Shown piece by piece: positions 29,868 to 43,364 of a stretch of 64,000 nucleotides of DNA. A program made the translations under genes and the position numbers. The notes below the pieces were generated by a model. That model had not been told where the DNA came from and ran no database searches. It saw nothing but the letters and a program-made list of their open reading frames with translations. Origin of the DNA: Octopus vulgaris (lineage: Eukaryota); NCBI GenBank assembly GCA_951406725.2, contig OX597821.1, positions 107,632,001 to 107,696,000 of the forward strand, in the 5' to 3' direction. Each line of letters starts with the position of its first letter. The first letter of the stretch is position 1.

Positions 29868-29868
29868 A
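29040..29868. repeat. Degenerate (GAAA)n polypurine tract, about 830 bp
   Basis: Direct inspection. Confidence 0.97.
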
Positions 29869-29869
29869 A

Positions 29870-30230
29870 CACTAAGCAGCTGCATCTATTTGCTATGGAT
29901 GCGTGAATGTAACTTCATTCCCGGTATTGATGTTGCTTTGAAGTTGATAAATCTGCAGTTACTCTCTCCAGATTACAAGTTCAAGTGTATACCTGTAATT
30001 ATTGGGGCCCTGGGATATGTAACACACTGCCTAAATACCATTCTTGAGAAATTAGACTTCTCAAAACCAGAAAGGAGAAAGTTCATTCGAAGACTACAGA
30101 TCCAATCATTCACTGGAACTATAATAATCTGTAAAACTTTCCAGAAGTTTATCATTTAAGTATATATGAGCCTGTCCAGATATGCAACTATATGCATGAG
30201 AATACATACATAAAACATACAAATTTGCTC
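29870..30230 (+). mobile_element. R4/Dong-like RLE LINE extreme 3' end running into (ACAT)n
   Basis: NLQLLSPDYKFKCIPVIIGALG...LQIQSFTGTIIICKTF resembles RLE C-termini. Confidence 0.7.
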
Positions 30231-30318
30231 ATATACATACATACATACATACATACATACATACATACATACATACATACATACATACATACATACATAC
30301 ATGCACACATACATACAT

Positions 30319-33300
30319 AGAAAAGCATGCACGGTAAGATGGAATCCGCGCTGGCCCTCATTCTTCAACTTAACAGTCAACTCGATCGTCAGGTGTTTGG
30401 TGGACGTCATCACAGTTTCGGCCCTTAAACACAAGCGTTCTCTCCGCTGGGCCCAGCCTAACCGGGGTTTGGTGCCTTCCCGGTCAGACCGACTCGTTGA
30501 CTGCTCTGTTCAATGTGGTCACTATCCTCGCTGATGCTCTTTCTGCAGATTCTTGCAATCTCTTGACGACTTCTCTCCGCTCCTTTCCACTTCGACCAAC
30601 CTCGCCCCCCAACCGACGCATAGACCATCCAACATACCCTCTGCACCCCACCTCCACCGCATATAACCGACATTTAAAGTCACGTGCCCCGATCTCGTCA
30701 ACTAACTCAGCGTATTTAGCTCGCTTAATTTCCTGTGCCTCCCCGACGTGGGTCTCAGCTCTACCAACACCACCATCTTCCCAGCTTGTGTGAAAAGAAC
30801 AATGTCTGGTTACAGTGTGGTTTGCCTTACTGTCCCAGAGACTGTTTCACCGCCCGAAACGTCGCCGTCCATCACCAGCACCCAATCGCTTGCCATGCTC
30901 AGCCAAGATGTGCGCTTTTCTTCGGTAGCTTTTCTCATCGTCACCGAGGCACTGACCAGAGTGAAGTTGATCCTTGAGTGTTGGGGCACGGTTGCCGATT
31001 GGCTCCTGTCAACTGCGTTCCGGATAGTGCCAGCTAGCTGCTCCAACACCTAGTTGTGACGGTAGGTGTAGCGCGGCAGCAGCCGCTTGGAGCCCGACAA
31101 CCAGTGCTCCAAGCATCCTGGCACAGCTCTACACTTGTGACATTCCGCGTCATCCGTCAGCTGCCAACGCTTCAGATTGACGAGTGTCGGCTCCGCATCG
31201 TACGTGGCTTTCAAAAGGAAACTGAGTTCGCACTCCGTCATCCTCAAAATCTAGCTCCAAGAGAAGTTACGTTCGCATACTCCCTCCCATGAGGTCCTGG
31301 CTCCCTGCACCGGCTGCTGTGCCGCCTTTGCGCATCTCCGCTGCTCCGCGTCATTTCGTGCCCGCTCCACCACCATAGCTCTCCTCCCAGAAGCGCTCTC
31401 CATGCTCCTCCACCTGTGAGGAGTGCCATAGCAGATGCCAACGCGACCCGATTACACAGCGTCGCGTATCTCATCGAACTGCATCCCATCGATAGCGTCA
31501 TCTGTAGCTACCCCCGCTCACCATTTGCGAGTGATCTGAGATGCGGTGGGTCTCTTGCAATGGTGTCATCCGATGAGTTTCGCAGCATCATGGCCAGTCG
31601 TATCTTCGCACACTTATACTCTTCAACGATGGATCTCATACATACATACATACATACATACATACATACATACATGCATGCATACATGCATGCATACATG
31701 CATACATACATACATACATACATACATACATACATACATACATACATACATACATACATACATGCATACATACATACATAGAAAAGCATACACGGTAAGA
31801 TGGAATCCGCGCTGGCCTTCATTCTTCAACTTAACAGTCAACTCGATCGTCAGGTGTTTGGTGGACGTCATCACAGTTTCGGCCCTTAAACACAAGCATT
31901 CTCTCCGCTGGGCCCAGCCTAACCGGGGTTTGGTGCCTTCCCGGTCAGACCGTCTCGTTGACTGCTCTGTTCAAGGTGGTCACTATCCTTGCTGATGTTC
32001 TTTCTGCAGCTTCTTGCAATCTCTTGACAGCTTCTCTCCGCTCCTTTCCACTTCGACCAACCTAGCACACCAACTGACGCATAGACCATCCAACATCCCT
32101 CAGCATTCTCGGAACTCCCAACCATCTTCTCCATGCCACGTTCAGCTTCTGCTCGATAATTCCTACCCGACATAACGCAGCTTCATACTCTGTAAGCAGC
32201 CAAGGCAGTCTTGGTAGTAGGCCAAACTGACAGCACCACAACTTGAAATACCTCGGCAAGACGACCTGTCAATCGCCCCGATCCCATCCTCCGCCTACCG
32301 CTGGATCTCAATCCTGCGATAGAAAGTCTGTTATGCCGGCAGAGTACCATCTTCCCAGGCTCTTTACCGGCTCATTGCGAAAAGTTGGTGTCTTCACTCT
32401 AGCAACCCTAAAGTAGATTTGTTGCAGCTTCCCTGCTCGCAAGGACAGGCCGCGACTCTTCTTCGGTTTGAATCTAATTTGTGTCCATTGTGTCAGTTCA
32501 TCCAGCTGCTGCAAACCGTCAACCGTCTTTTCATACGTTGGACATAGGATCGTCAGGTTGTCCATGAAGGCACGGACCTGTATTCTTTCACCTGTGTCAT
32601 TGGCCATACCCTCGACGCGTGGAATTGCAGATCTTATTACAACTTCCATCACGATGACAAAGACCTGTGGAGAAATGGTGCGCCCTATTGGGATGCCTAC
32701 TTCAATCTTTTGCCATTCCATCGTAAATTTCTTTGTTGTAAAGTGCATCTGGAACTGTCCAAGATACGCCTTGACGGCGTTGATGACTTTCTCCGGGAAA
32801 CGAATGAAACTCAAGGCAGATTAATTTGTGTGAGATCGATCCGTATGCGTCCGCCAAATCAAGCCAGATCACGTCCAAGTTGCTGAATTTTTCCTTCGCC
32901 GTGGTTACGGTATCCCAGATCATCTGAGCATGTTCCAGGCATCCAGGGAAACCTAGCACTCACACCTTCTGAAGTGAGACATCAATTAGCTCGGTCTTCA
33001 ATACGAAGTCTGTCAGTCGTTTCGCCATCACAGCAAAGAAAATCTTGTCATTGACATTTAGCAGCGATGTCAACCTGAACTGATCCAGCGTCTTAGAATC
33101 CTTCACCTTGGGGACATAAACGCCTTCTGCGATGCGCCATTCTGGTGTTATGATCCCATTCCGCCAAGTACTCGCAACAGTTTCCACAGCTCCCGAAGCA
33201 CTTTCGGGCAGTACTTAAACAGTTTGTATGCCAAACTGTTCTGACCCGGTGTGCTTCCCGCTCTCGCCTTCTTTACAAATTCTTGAACCTCTTTCATCGT

Positions 33301-33830
33301 CAGTTCTCCGATCGCAAAGGGAACTCTCGATGCGGGTGGTCCTATTAGGTTATCACAATCCGATTGCTCCTCATCCTTGCGAGCATCTGTATATGTTTTG
33401 CGTAAACGCTCCTGCACGTCTTCCGTCGTCGCTTGCAACTCTTCAGATTTCCCAGCCTCAAACAGACTCTTTGAGAAACGATATGTGCTTTAAAGAACGC
33501 CTTCCGGGTTCGTTCTCTTGCCTGCCGCTTCTGGTAAGCGGCTTCTGCACGACGCACTTCACGATGTTGTTTCTTCGCGTCATTCACTAGCTCTCTCAGG
33601 CCTTGACGTTCCCCCTCTGTCGCTGCTTTCTTCCACGTCTTCTTCAGGTGTTGTTTCTCACGCCGGATCTGTTCCCGACAGGTGTTTCTGCGGGGCTTGC
33701 GGACACGGCGCTGCCGGCTCCTCTGTGTTGAACCGTTCAATACATGTCACGTAGCAGATCTTGATCAAGAGTCGCAGTTTTCTCGGAGCCGTCATCTGCA
33801 GAATACAGTTGATCATGTTAGTTAGATTTT
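30319..33830 (-). mobile_element. Hero-like RLE non-LTR retrotransposon fossil with a duplicated 3' end
   Basis: RT motifs SLLNVNDKIFF, GCLEH, WLDLADAYGSI, ISPQVF, AFMDN, KSLGRWY; SFLLKATYD...CHKC...H...RYTYRHN; GCRGYVG; 30319-30635 is repeated at 31779-32096. Confidence 0.92.
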
Positions 33831-34073
33831 CATTTCATACATACATACATACATACATACATACATACATACATACATACATAAATGTTTTACCCGGGTT
33901 ACACCAGCACGAGCCACTGTCTTTGAAAATGTATACGGTATAGGCGCAGGAGTGGTTTGAAGATTTCGGTCTTGTTATTTTCTGTGTTGTGAGTTATTCC
34001 TATTGTTGAATCTTTGATATTTGTTGTAAAATTTTGTTAAAAATTGTTATTTTGAACTGTTACCTGTTTGCAG

Positions 34074-34182
34074 GCTGTGCCGGACTATTTTATTTCCCGG
34101 TATTCCGGGGAATAGTGAAATTCCTGTAGTCATTTGGCATTTGTTTATTCGATCGGATTCTTTAGCGGAGTACTGGAACCAG
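34074..34182 (+). CDS. Host gene coding exon 6 (-LCRTILFPGIPGNSEIPVVIWHLFIRSDSLAEYWNQ, phase 2-0)
   Basis: cctgtttgcag| acceptor, consensus CAG|gtaagt donor, 109 nt open in the required phase. Confidence 0.87.
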
Positions 34183-34777
34183 GTAAGTGGGGCCAGAAGG
34201 AAAAGTAAAGGTTCGAACCTGGCGGTTGGATGTCTTTCCTTCAGTCACACAATTTGCAATGATCATCAAGTTTAAATTGAAATTTAAAAGCAAAAAGAAA
34301 AAGAGGTAATTTTTTAATAGCATGACATTTATATTTACTCTTTTACGTGTTTCAGTTATTTGACTGTGGCCACGCTGGAGCATATATATATATGTGTGTG
34401 TGTATTTGTATATTTGTGTCATCGCTTGAAATCAGTGTTGGTGTGTTTACGTCCCCTTAAGTTGGCAGTTCAGCAAAAAGAAACCGATAGAATAGCTACT
34501 AAGGTTACAAAGAATATGTCGTGCGGTCAGTTTGTTCGATTAAAGGTGGTGCTCTAGTATGGCCGTAGTCAAATGACTGAAACAAGTAAAAGAAGAAAAG
34601 CAGAAAAGAAGAAAAGCTGTAAATGTTGTCATAGATACCCCTACCCACCCCTAAAAGATAGGATGTGTATGGCTGGAATTCATTTGATCATAGGGCCGGT
34701 GGATCAGGTTTGACCTAGGGTTAAACAACATCGACACCAACACCTGAGCCTCCTCCACCACCATAAATACAAACATA

Positions 34778-35376
34778 CCCATTTCTTTATTACCCACAAG
34801 GGGCTAAACATAGAGGGGACAAACAAGGACAGACATAGGTATAAAGTCGATTACATCGACCCCAGTGCGGAACTAGTACTTCATTTATCGACCCCAAAAG
34901 GATGAAAGGCAAAGTCGACCTTTGGTGGAATTTGAACTCACAACGTAACGCAGACGAAATACCTATTTCTTTATTACCCACAAGGGGCTAAACACAGAGG
35001 GGACAAACAAGGACAGACATAGGTATAAAGTCGATTACATCGTCCCCAGTGCGGAACTGGTACTTCATTTATCGACCCCGAAAGGATGAAAGGCAAAGTC
35101 GACCTCGGTGGAATTTGAACTCACAACGTAACGCAGACGAAATACCTATTTCTTTATTACCCACAAGGGGCTAAACATAGAGAGGACAAACAAGGACAGA
35201 CAAACGGGTTAAGTCGATAATTCGACCCCAGTGCGTAACTGGTACTTATTTAATCGACCCCGAAAGGATGAAAGGCAAAGTCGACCTCGGCGGAATTTGA
35301 GCTCAGAACGTAACGCAGACGAAATATGGCTGCGCATTTGGCCCGGCGTGCTAACGTTTCTGCCAGCTCGCCGCCT
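34778..35376 (-). mobile_element. SINE family A tandem array, three units with one head
   Basis: Units of about 185 bp; head ..ctgccagctcgccgcc ends at 35376. Confidence 0.92.
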
Positions 35377-35419
35377 TCAGAAATACAAACATACCGTCAT
35401 TAGCACCACTATTGTAATT

Positions 35420-35915
35420 AAACTCCCACTACTACTAACAGCAGCAGCAGCAACAGCAGTAATAGTAGCAGTCGTAAATGCAGCAGCGGCAGCAGCAGCA
35501 GCAGCAGCAAACGTAACGACGCTGTTTGATGTCTCAATCAGCATGAAGATCCCCATCACCACCACCACCACCCCTACTGCCGACACCACCTCCACCACAC
35601 GCACCACCACCACTGTTATCACTGCCGCCACTACCATCACCATCACCACCACCACCACCACCACAACTATGATTACTTGTCTTTCTCCTCCTCCTCCTTC
35701 TCCCCTTCCGCCATCCCCTCTCATCATCAGCATCATCACCATCACCGTCATGTTGACGGCCGCCATCGTTGACGCTGTCATCATAATTACGATCCCTTTC
35801 GATAACACATCCACCCCCCCCCCCCGCCAACCGCACCCGCACCCCCTATCCGCGCACCCCCACCCACCTTTCCGCCCCTCCCTCTCACCAACTCACTCTC
35901 CCCCCCCCCTCGCAC
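35420..35915. repeat. Mixed (CAG)/(CAC)/(CAT) low-complexity sequence and C-rich tract
   Basis: Direct inspection. Confidence 0.85.
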
Positions 35916-36202
35916 ATTAAAAGCCTTTTGTCTTTTGTCTTTGTGTTAATGCTGCATTGACAGCACGAAACCGGAAGAGCATTGTGTACAACGCATAACG
36001 TCCGTGACCCGTTCTCGGTGAGAGCTGCCGGTGTGAACGTGTGTGTGCGTGCGCGCATGCGTGCTTGCGCGAACGTGTGTGTATATGTGCGCGCGCACGT
36101 TTAGCATTTGGGTATATATATATGCATAACACATATACACATGCACATACACACACACACATATATATATATGTATGTATATATACATATATATATATAC
36201 AT

Positions 36203-38414
36203 AAATCCTTAAATCCTTAAAAATGTTTTAGCCCGAAGGCCGCGGCCATGCTGGGGCACCACCGCTGAATGAGCCACACTAGTTTGTGAATCCACCTCTG
36301 ATACGTGGCACTTGATCAACAAGGGAGTTCGATGCTGCTGCCCGCATCCGTGTCTCCTGTCGTGAGGTAGGTTCATCTGGGACTCCCAACAAGAAGAGAT
36401 CCAGTTTAGTTTTAAAGAAACCCACATCCACACCATGTAAGTCTCTCAGGCATTTAGGGAGGATGTTGAAAAGCTGTGGTCCTCTGAAACCCAAGCTGTT
36501 GCAGTATCTGGACCTGTATTTTGATGGTGATGTTGGAATCCTTGGCACCACGCAGCGGCGCCCGTTCTGCGGTTGGAGTAACTTTGAATGCCAAAGTTTG
36601 GGACAAGACCCTCCAGGATTTTCCAGATGTATATTACTGCATATCTCTCCCGCCTCCGCTCCAGGGAGAAGAGGTTTAATACCTTCAGTCTTTCCCAGTA
36701 GCTGACATTTTGCATTGAGACGATTTTCTTTGTGTAGCTTCTCTGAGTTGCTTCGAGTTCTGCTGTTTGTTTTATATTGTGTGGTGACCAAAGTTGGGAG
36801 CAGTAGTCCAAGCGGCTGAGGACAAATGTTTTCCATAGGACCATCAGTGTCTCCTTCTCTCTTGTTCTGAAAGTTCGGAGAATCCATCCAGCTAGCCGTC
36901 TGCATTTTATCACCAGATTAGCAATATGCATTTGGAAAGATGCATCATTGCTCATGTCAATGCCCAGGTCACGCACTGATTTTGACTCAGGGATTGCAAT
37001 TCTTCCTGGGCCAGTGTATCCAGTCTTCACGTCATTTACCTTTGTGTGCCAGTAGCGCAGGGCCTGGAACTTACCTGCATTAAACTGCATGTTGTTGTCC
37101 TCAGCCCACCTGTATATTGTGTCCAGCTCATGTTGCAGATGCGCAATATTTTCAGGGTTCTGTATTGCGTGGGAGACCTTTGTGTCATCTGCATAGCTAG
37201 CAAGGGTGGTCATCGTAGCAACTGAAGGCATGTCTGAAAGGGCCACTATGAACATCAGTGGCCCCAAGACAGTGCCCTGTGGGACACCGCTTGTTATTTG
37301 CGTTTCCCTGGAGGTGGCTCCATTGCTCACAACTGCCTGTTTTCTGTCTTTTAGGAAGTTGTGCAGCCACTCTCCAAGTTTCCCGCCTATGCCGAGACCA
37401 CGCAGTTTGTGACAGATCATACCATGGTCGACTTTATCAAAGGCTTTTGCAAAGTCAAGATATATTACATCCACATTTGAGCCATTTAGTAGCTGTTTCA
37501 ACACCCAGTCATAGTGTTGCAGGAGCTGTGTTAGGCAGCCTCTACCTGGTCGAAATCCATGCTGGGTGTCAGACAGTAAGTCATTTTCTTCAAGGAACAT
37601 GATTAGTTTCTTACGGACTATTCGTTCCATGACTTTGCTGATGTGTGAGGTCAGAGAGATAGGCCTATAATTTTTAGCATCTGCTCTGCTACCTCCCTTA
37701 TGGATAGGGCATATTACCCCCTCTTTCAGTTTGACTGGGAGCTTACCACTTGCAAGAAAGCTCTGAAAAAGAAGCTGTAGCGGTTTTGCAAGGGCTCGTT
37801 TGCACGATTTGAGAAGGATCGCTGGGAATCCATCAGGTCCAGCAGCTGAGTTTGTGTCAATCTCATCAATGGCTAGTGTGATATCATCTTCTTCGATGTT
37901 GATGTACTCAATTTTTGTCTCTTTGGCCGCTGGTAAAGTGGCAAAGAATTCTTCTGGGTTGTTTACTTGCCTGTGTCCTAGAGGTGTAGTGAATACACTT
38001 TGGAACTGTTCGTTCAGTATTTCACTTATCCTCGTGGGATTTCCTGTGAGAGAGCCATCTTTTTGGAAGAGAGGTCCTATTCTCTGGTGCACTGTGGCTG
38101 TCTCTTTGGCAAACTTAAAGAAAGCTTTAGGGTTTGATTTTATATTTTCTATTACCCAAGCTTCTTTATCTGCTCTCTCCTTTTCATGGGACTGATGTAG
38201 ACTTTTCTCAGTTTCCATTAGCATTCTTTCGAGCCGAGACTTCTCACCACTTTTGGTGTGCTTGCTCAGGCGGTTTGCAATCCTTGTCCGTCGTCTCATA
38301 AGAATCCTCCTTTCTCTAGGGATCCTGTTTTTATTCTTGTGTGTGCTGGCCCTGCACATTGGGACATATTTGTCACATATGGCTTGTATTATGGACATGA
38401 AGTGTTTGTGTTTC
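36203..38414 (-). mobile_element. Young 5'-truncated CR1-group LINE with open RT domain, inserted in (TA)n
   Basis: ORF 36446..38506: AAGPDG, NYRPISLTS, QHGFRPGR, YLDFAKAFDKVDH, SGVPQGTVLGP, YADDTK; one frameshift near the C-terminus; (TAAGGATT)-type tail; the N-terminal YI run of the ORF is microsatellite. Confidence 0.95.
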
Positions 38415-38415
38415 A

Positions 38416-38496
<81 letters not shown>

Positions 38497-38578
38497 GCAC
38501 ATGCATTTATATATATATATATATATATATACACGCACATGCATTTATATATATATATATATATATATACGCACATGC

Positions 38579-38615
<37 letters not shown>

Positions 38616-38789
38616 TGTGTATGTGTGCGTATGCAGATGCATGTATATATATATATGTATGTATGTATATATATATATATATATATATGTGTATGTATGT
38701 ACACACACACACACACATGCATACACGTCATATTCATTAATTTTGTATCGGTTGTGTTATTACAATAATCATTCATTGTACTATTGTGT

Positions 38790-38960
38790 TATTGATCATT
38801 GTCATTATCATCATTGTCTCTGTCGTCGTCATCAGCATCACCGTCATCATTAACATCATCGTCATTGTCATCCCTTTCCTCCTCCTAATCTTCATTAACA
38901 ACATCATCGTCGTCGTCGCCATCGTCATCATCATCATCCTCATCGTCATCATCATCATCG

Positions 38961-38992
<32 letters not shown>

Positions 38993-39151
38993 GTCATAAT
39001 CATCATCATCGTCGTCATCATCATCATCATCATCATCATTATCATCATCATCATCATCATCATTATCATCATCATCATGAATGTCGTTGTCATCATCTTC
39101 CGCATCATTACCAACACAACCACCGTCGCCACACCACCACCACCAACACCG

Positions 39152-39183
<32 letters not shown>

Positions 39184-39200
39184 AGCATCATCATCATCAG

Positions 39201-39266
<66 letters not shown>

Positions 39267-39425
39267 CATCATCATCATCATGATAATCATGACCACCACC
39301 AGCATTGCCCTCTTCGTCATTATCATCATCACCTTCCTCTTCTTCTTCCTCCTCCTCATCATCATCATCAACAACGTCATCATCGTCATCGTCACCACCC
39401 CCATCATCATCATCATCATCATCGA
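38790..39425. repeat. Degenerate (CAT)n tract
   Basis: Direct inspection. Confidence 0.95.
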
Positions 39426-39817
39426 TATTATTTCGTTCGGCTTAATGCATTATATTATGATTTTTTTTTTCAACTCCCCCCCCCCCCCCCAACCCTTTCG
39501 CTTCCCGTCTATTCTCTTCTGTAAACTTAATGGATCTGTGACTACGTCTTTGTATGTGGTGCATTGCACACAAACCGGAAGCAGGTGTCTAATGGGGAGA
39601 TAATTCGCCTCAATTTCAGGAAGTTCTCAGCAATGGAAACGATCTGAATTCAAGGTCATTGCTTCGCTGACGTCATGGTGTTCGCCTCCGAATTGAGACA
39701 ATGGAGTGTAAAGGAAACTGCACTGTAAAGAAGAGAATGGCTAATGCTGAACGGGTGATTGAATGAATAAATAAACTCGTAAGGTTTGGAGACGGAATAG
39801 ATAAATAAATAAATGTA

Positions 39818-39864
<47 letters not shown>

Positions 39865-39944
39865 AAGTTTATTTGGTGAATAGTAAGATATGATTACAAT
39901 AGCAACACTGATACAGCTAAAGATATTACAACATTATATATATA

Positions 39945-39990
<46 letters not shown>

Positions 39991-40072
39991 TGTGTGTATA
40001 TATATATATGTATATATATAACCCGTGCTAGCGCGGAAATCGGACGTTAAACAATGATGATGATGATGATGA

Positions 40073-40117
<45 letters not shown>

Positions 40118-40508
40118 TTATATAGACATATACAAATATACATATATACACACACACACATATATATATACACACATGCATATATACATATATATACACA
40201 TATACATCTATATATATACACACATATATACATGTATGCATATATATATATATATATATATATATTTATGCATGTATGCACACACACACGTATATATATA
40301 TGCATGCACAAACATACAGACGCGTACACACACACATACAACCATGCTTAATGTTTGCGAATCCGTGACATCTAATTTAGCGCGAGCGCGCACACAAAAC
40401 CGTTTTCTGTAGTGTGTACATGTGGGTGCGTTTGCAAACACACATATATACCCTGCAAACACACAGACATACACATATAGATAAATAGATAGACAGATAG
40501 ACAGACAT

Positions 40509-40593
<85 letters not shown>

Positions 40594-40899
40594 CAAACAG
40601 ACACACGCACAAATTTAATGGATAAAATTCAAGAAAAGTGAGGGATAAAAATATTTATTCGGTTTCTTCAATTTAATTACAGCTGTTTCGTAAACGTATT
40701 CAGTTACACCATCGACTCTAAAGCGGCTTATACACATATAGATGCTGACAGATACTTGTACGATAGGATAAAGAGCAGAATTCCTCTTCAAGACGTTGTA
40801 TGGGCATTAAATATTTTACTCTGTAAAAAAGAAGCCGAGTCGATTCAGTTGTAACTATGAGATAATAGAGCATATGTCAGACGCCATGATAGATCGTTA

Positions 40900-41095
40900 G
40901 CTACTACATACATTTTTTTTCTTTCCTTGTTTCTCTCCTTGTTTTTTTTTCTGTGTATCTTTCTGTCGAAGAGCGTAGGCTCGAAACGTAAAAGACTTTT
41001 CTATTCCTGACCGCTATACAAATACATTTGTTTGTTTGTACACCACCTGCCTTCGTCTTTTGTTTATTTTCGTAAACTTTCCCTTTATATTTGTA
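40900..41095 (+). mobile_element. Penelope pLTR-like unit with a minimal hammerhead-like motif (40958-40995); homologues at 25370-25545 and 57190-57345
   Basis: tcttt CTGTCGA A GAGC gtag GCTC GAAA CG TA aaaga. Confidence 0.7.
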
Positions 41096-41287
41096 AATAC
41101 ATACATACGTACATGCGAAAAAACATACATACATACATACATACATACATACATACATACATACATACAAAATACATACATACTTACATACATATATATG
41201 TGTGTGTGTCTATTTAACAACCAACCACCATCAAAGAACTGTTAGGTATCATATTTGCACGAACACAAATATGCTGAATGTGTTTAT

Positions 41288-41412
<125 letters not shown>

Positions 41413-41738
41413 GTAATAACGGTTTTCTAAGGAACGCTTGCATTAAAGAAAACACACGCATCTGAATTTGTCGTAGGTTAGCCTACAAATTGAAAAGTAA
41501 CTTCCTTTTGGAAATTTTCCCTGAAGAAATGCCCAATTGGCTGGTTTCAATTGGGTATTCAGGCATTTCTCTACATGAATTTGAATATGTATGCCATTTT
41601 TTTCTATTTTCTTCCTTTTCTCATATATATATATATATATACACACATATATATATATATATACATATGTATATACATATACATATGTGTATACATATAC
41701 ATATATATATTTACATATACATATATATATACATATAC

Positions 41739-41782
<44 letters not shown>

Positions 41783-41796
41783 GTATATGTATATAT

Positions 41797-41864
<68 letters not shown>

Positions 41865-42095
41865 TAAAATTATAAATTAGGGTATCTACGAGATACCACC
41901 ATACCCTAATTTATAATTTTAATAATTATTACCTTTGAAGGTTATTTTTTCCATGCTGGCCACTTGATAAGATCGCTATTTATTTTAAATTAACGATTTT
42001 ATCCTTATATATATATATATTAAAAGAGGAAGAAAATAGAAAAACTTGACATATAGATGTTATTTATTCAAAGACGTTCAAATTCATGTAGAGAA

Positions 42096-42185
<90 letters not shown>

Positions 42186-42631
42186 ATATATGTATATATG
42201 TATGTATACACAGAGACAGACAGACAAACAGATAGACTGATAGATAGATAGATATGATACAGTATACTAAAGTAAACTTTGTATTAGATAAAGGAAATGT
42301 ACAACAAAAAGGACATTTGTGCAGTTCCGTAGGGTCCGCTGTGTCCGCCATACACCCTCGAACACCTGGATTAACAATATTGATAATAGTATTTACGTTG
42401 CGCATGTCTGATGGCTAAAGATTCAACCAATGAAGTGGCAAATAAAACAAAGACCACGTGACAGATACCTGAAAGTGCGAGCCATGCTGGCAGGACACGT
42501 GTTTGTGTGAGCGTCTGCCCGTCTCTCTGTCTAAATATCAACCCATCTTTACACGCACGCACACACACGCACACACATACACTCACACATATATGTATAT
42601 ATATATGTATATATATATATATGTATATATA

Positions 42632-42832
42632 TTCTTTTATTCTTTTACTTGTTTCAGTCATTTGAGTGCAGCCATGCTGGAGCACCATCTTAATGGGTCT
42701 CTGTCGAAGAAATCGACCTCAGGACGTATTCTTCGTAAGCCTAGTACTTATTCAATGGATCTCTTTAACGTAAACACACGAATATTGGTTGTCAAGCGAT
42801 GATGGGAGACAAACACAAACGCAAACACACAC

Positions 42833-42885
<53 letters not shown>

Positions 42886-43062
42886 CGCGTACACACAAAC
42901 ACATAAATATACATACAGACACACACACACATATATATATATATATACGATGGGCTTCTTTCAGTTTCCGCCAACCGAATCCATTGACAAGAGTTTGGTC
43001 GGCCCGAGGCTGCAATAGAGGGCCCATGCTTAAGGTAATCCGTAGTGGGACTGAACCCAGAA
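42632..43062 (-). mobile_element. SINE family B with an expanded internal (CA)n tract
   Basis: Family tail, body and B box on the minus strand. Confidence 0.85.
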
Positions 43063-43250
43063 TATACATATGTAAATGGATGAGTGAATTATCCTTTGTT
43101 TACCGTTAACATGAAAAATTCAATAAACAGTTTCCAGGGTAGAAAAATTCACGCAATTAACAAGGATGTAGCGACCTATTAATGCGCAGTAATTTGTATA
43201 GTATAAGTAAATAAATGGAGTTGAGCACAGATGCTATTCAAATTCTTTTA

Positions 43251-43336
43251 CTTTCGACATATGTTTCGAAGACAACATTGATTTTATTCCAAAGGAAAAA
43301 ACGGAGTAAAAAAAAGCCATCTTCTCATCAGGAAAG
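43251..43336 (-). ncRNA. Type I hammerhead ribozyme motif, paralogue of 18145-18233
   Basis: Minus strand: ctttc CTGATGA gaagat...gtcttc GAAAC ATAT GTC gaaag. Confidence 0.85.
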
Positions 43337-43364
43337 AAAGAGAACCTATCTCAAGAACAAAACA

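Noticed and set aside
42288-42332. Possible alternative terminal exon IKEMYNKKDICAVP* in phase 0 after exon 6
   Set aside because: Weak acceptor, short, and better-supported downstream exons continue the frame; cannot be fully excluded without RNA data
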